Source: Thermodesulfobacteriota bacterium (lineage in GTDB: Bacteria; Desulfobacterota; Desulfobacteria; Desulfobacterales; SURF-7). From it: 64,000 nt of DNA. Where the stretch lies: the NCBI GenBank assembly GCA_049320885.1, contig JBMORA010000033.1, positions 47,500 to 111,499 on the forward strand. Reading direction: 5' to 3'. Below, in pieces: positions 62,779 to 64,000 of the stretch. The notes below the pieces were generated by a model that was not told where the DNA came from, did not search any database, and saw only the letters and a program-made list of their open reading frames with translations. Each line of letters opens with the position of its first letter. Within the stretch, counting starts at the first letter, position 1. The translations under genes were made by a program, and so were the position numbers.

Positions 62779-62880
62779 AATTATCCTCGTAGCAACTTCC
62801 TATGGGAATAGGGACATGAAGCGCTGGAAACGCATCGGCGGCAAACCATGCGTTCACCGCCGTCCCAAACCCTATCCGGT

Positions 62881-63513
62881 CTATTTTACCGACCTGACCT
62901 TATTGATTTTCAACCAACTGGTATTGCAGCCCGGTATGGTGCCTTTCACCAGCATCACATTCTCTTCCGGACGGATATCGACAATCTCCACATTTTTTTT
63001 TGTTTGAGTCGCGAATCCGTATCTTCCCGGCATTTTCTTTCCCTTGGTAACCCGTGAAGGCCAGGCGCTGCAACCGATGGAACCGGGAATTCGGACGCAA
63101 TGGCTTCCATGGGTCTTTCTTCCGCCGCTGAAACCATGGCGCTTCATGACCCCCGCAAAGCCACGTCCTTTCGTGGTGCCCACGACATCCACTCGATCGC
63201 CGATATTGAACAGGTCGATGCGGATGGTCTGTCCCACCTGATATTCCGAAGGGTTCTCCACTCCGAACTCTTTCAGAATTCCGAATTTCTGGTCACCGCT
63301 TTTCGCCATATGGCCCGCCAGGGGCTTATTGACCCTGGAAGCTTTTTTTTCGCCAAAGCCAAGCTGAAGCGCATTATATCCGTCGGTCGCCTCAGTCTTA
63401 ACCTGCGTAACCACACATGGACCGGTCTGAATAACCGTAACCGGCACATACTTTCCGTCCGGTGCGAACAAACCGGTCATTCCGATTTTTCTGCCTATCA
63501 TTCCTCTACACAT
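62881..63513 (-). CDS. rplC: 50S ribosomal protein L3
   Basis: KIGMT, DGYNALQLG, KGRGFAG. Confidence 0.98.
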   Translation of the reverse strand: MCRGMIGRKIGMTGLFAPDGKYVPVTVIQTGPCVVTQVKTEATDGYNALQLGFGEKKASRVNKPLAGHMAKSGDQKFGILKEFGVENPSEYQVGQTIRIDLFNIGDRVDVVGTTKGRGFAGVMKRHGFSGGRKTHGSHCVRIPGSIGCSAWPSRVTKGKKMPGRYGFATQTKKNVEIVDIRPEENVMLVKGTIPGCNTSWLKINKVRSVK

Positions 63514-63533
63514 GGCTGTTTCACTTCCCTATG

Positions 63534-63845
63534 CTACAGTTTTATTTCAACATCCACACCCGGTGACAGATCCAGCTTCATCAAGGCGTCAACCGTCTGT
63601 TGGGTCGGCTCAAGAATATCCAGCAACCGTTTGTGAGTGCGGATTTCAAACTGCTCACGTGACTTCTTATTCACATGCGGTGAACGCAATACGCAATACT
63701 TGTTGGTCATCGTCGGCAATGGAATGGGCCCCAACACTTTTGCTCCTGTCTTTCTCGCCGTATTGACGATATCGACCGCCGATTGATCCAGGAGTTTATG
63801 ATCGTATGCTTTCAGTCTGATTCGAATCTTGGTATTCATCATCAT
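63534..63845 (-). CDS. rpsJ: 30S ribosomal protein S10
   Basis: [23 protein letters not shown]. Confidence 0.98.
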   Translation of the reverse strand: MMMNTKIRIRLKAYDHKLLDQSAVDIVNTARKTGAKVLGPIPLPTMTNKYCVLRSPHVNKKSREQFEIRTHKRLLDILEPTQQTVDALMKLDLSPGVDVEIKL

Positions 63846-63863
63846 GGCTATAACATCTTTCGC

Positions 63864-64000
63864 TTATTCTATGATCTCACTCACGACGCCGGCGCCGACC
63901 GTCCTGCCGCCTTCACGAATCGCAAAACGAAGCTCCTTCTCCATCGCTATCGGAGATATCAGCTCTCCCGTAATCGCAACATTATCCCCCGGCATCACCA
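63864..64000 (-). CDS. tuf: Elongation factor Tu, C-terminal fragment
   Basis: VMPGDNV...[22 protein letters not shown]; runs off the right edge. Confidence 0.97.
   Translation of the reverse strand, partial: VMPGDNVAITGELISPIAMEKELRFAIREGGRTVGAGVVSEIIE

Noticed and set aside
1..64000. CRISPR arrays, tRNA/rRNA genes, IS elements, prophage genes
   Set aside because: None recognised by eye; short or degenerate elements could have been missed

Overview
This is a GC-rich bacterial chromosomal window. Gene content (TauE/PPS-like cluster, DsrC-like protein, Sec-FdhAB, many sigma54 promoters) suggests a sulfate-reducing or syntrophic Desulfobacterota member; that assignment is inference. From left to right: (1) 1-3.6 kb: two 5'-truncated RHS toxin modules and a probable immunity gene; one module is absent from the ORF track because it runs off the window. 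(2) GNAT, OmpA-domain protein and hisC. (3) 7-26 kb: a large sigma54-linked signalling island. It holds an NtrC-type enhancer-binding protein with its kinase, two paralogous Cache-type kinases, six stand-alone receivers, a TauE/SafE transporter with a partner membrane protein, a PEP-synthase-like protein lacking the pyruvate-binding barrel, a PAS protein with a degenerate H-box, two USPs, a GGDEF protein and a STAS-like protein. (4) Mrp, DUF134, a gene with a sigma28-like promoter, and a thioesterase. (5) purF, carB, carA and a three-gene split glutamate synthase. (6) A CPA1 antiporter, a tandem double-DsrC protein and a selenocysteine formate dehydrogenase operon fdhA-fdhB-fdhE. (7) 49.5-64 kb: the S10-spc-alpha ribosomal cluster and the 3' end of tuf. 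The best candidate for an undescribed system is the PPS-like/multi-receiver/TauE island. A 17-bp enhancer-like motif upstream of two of its sigma54 promoters recurs upstream of the fdh sigma54 promoter, suggesting one regulon. Family assignments come from motif recognition only; no database searches were run.
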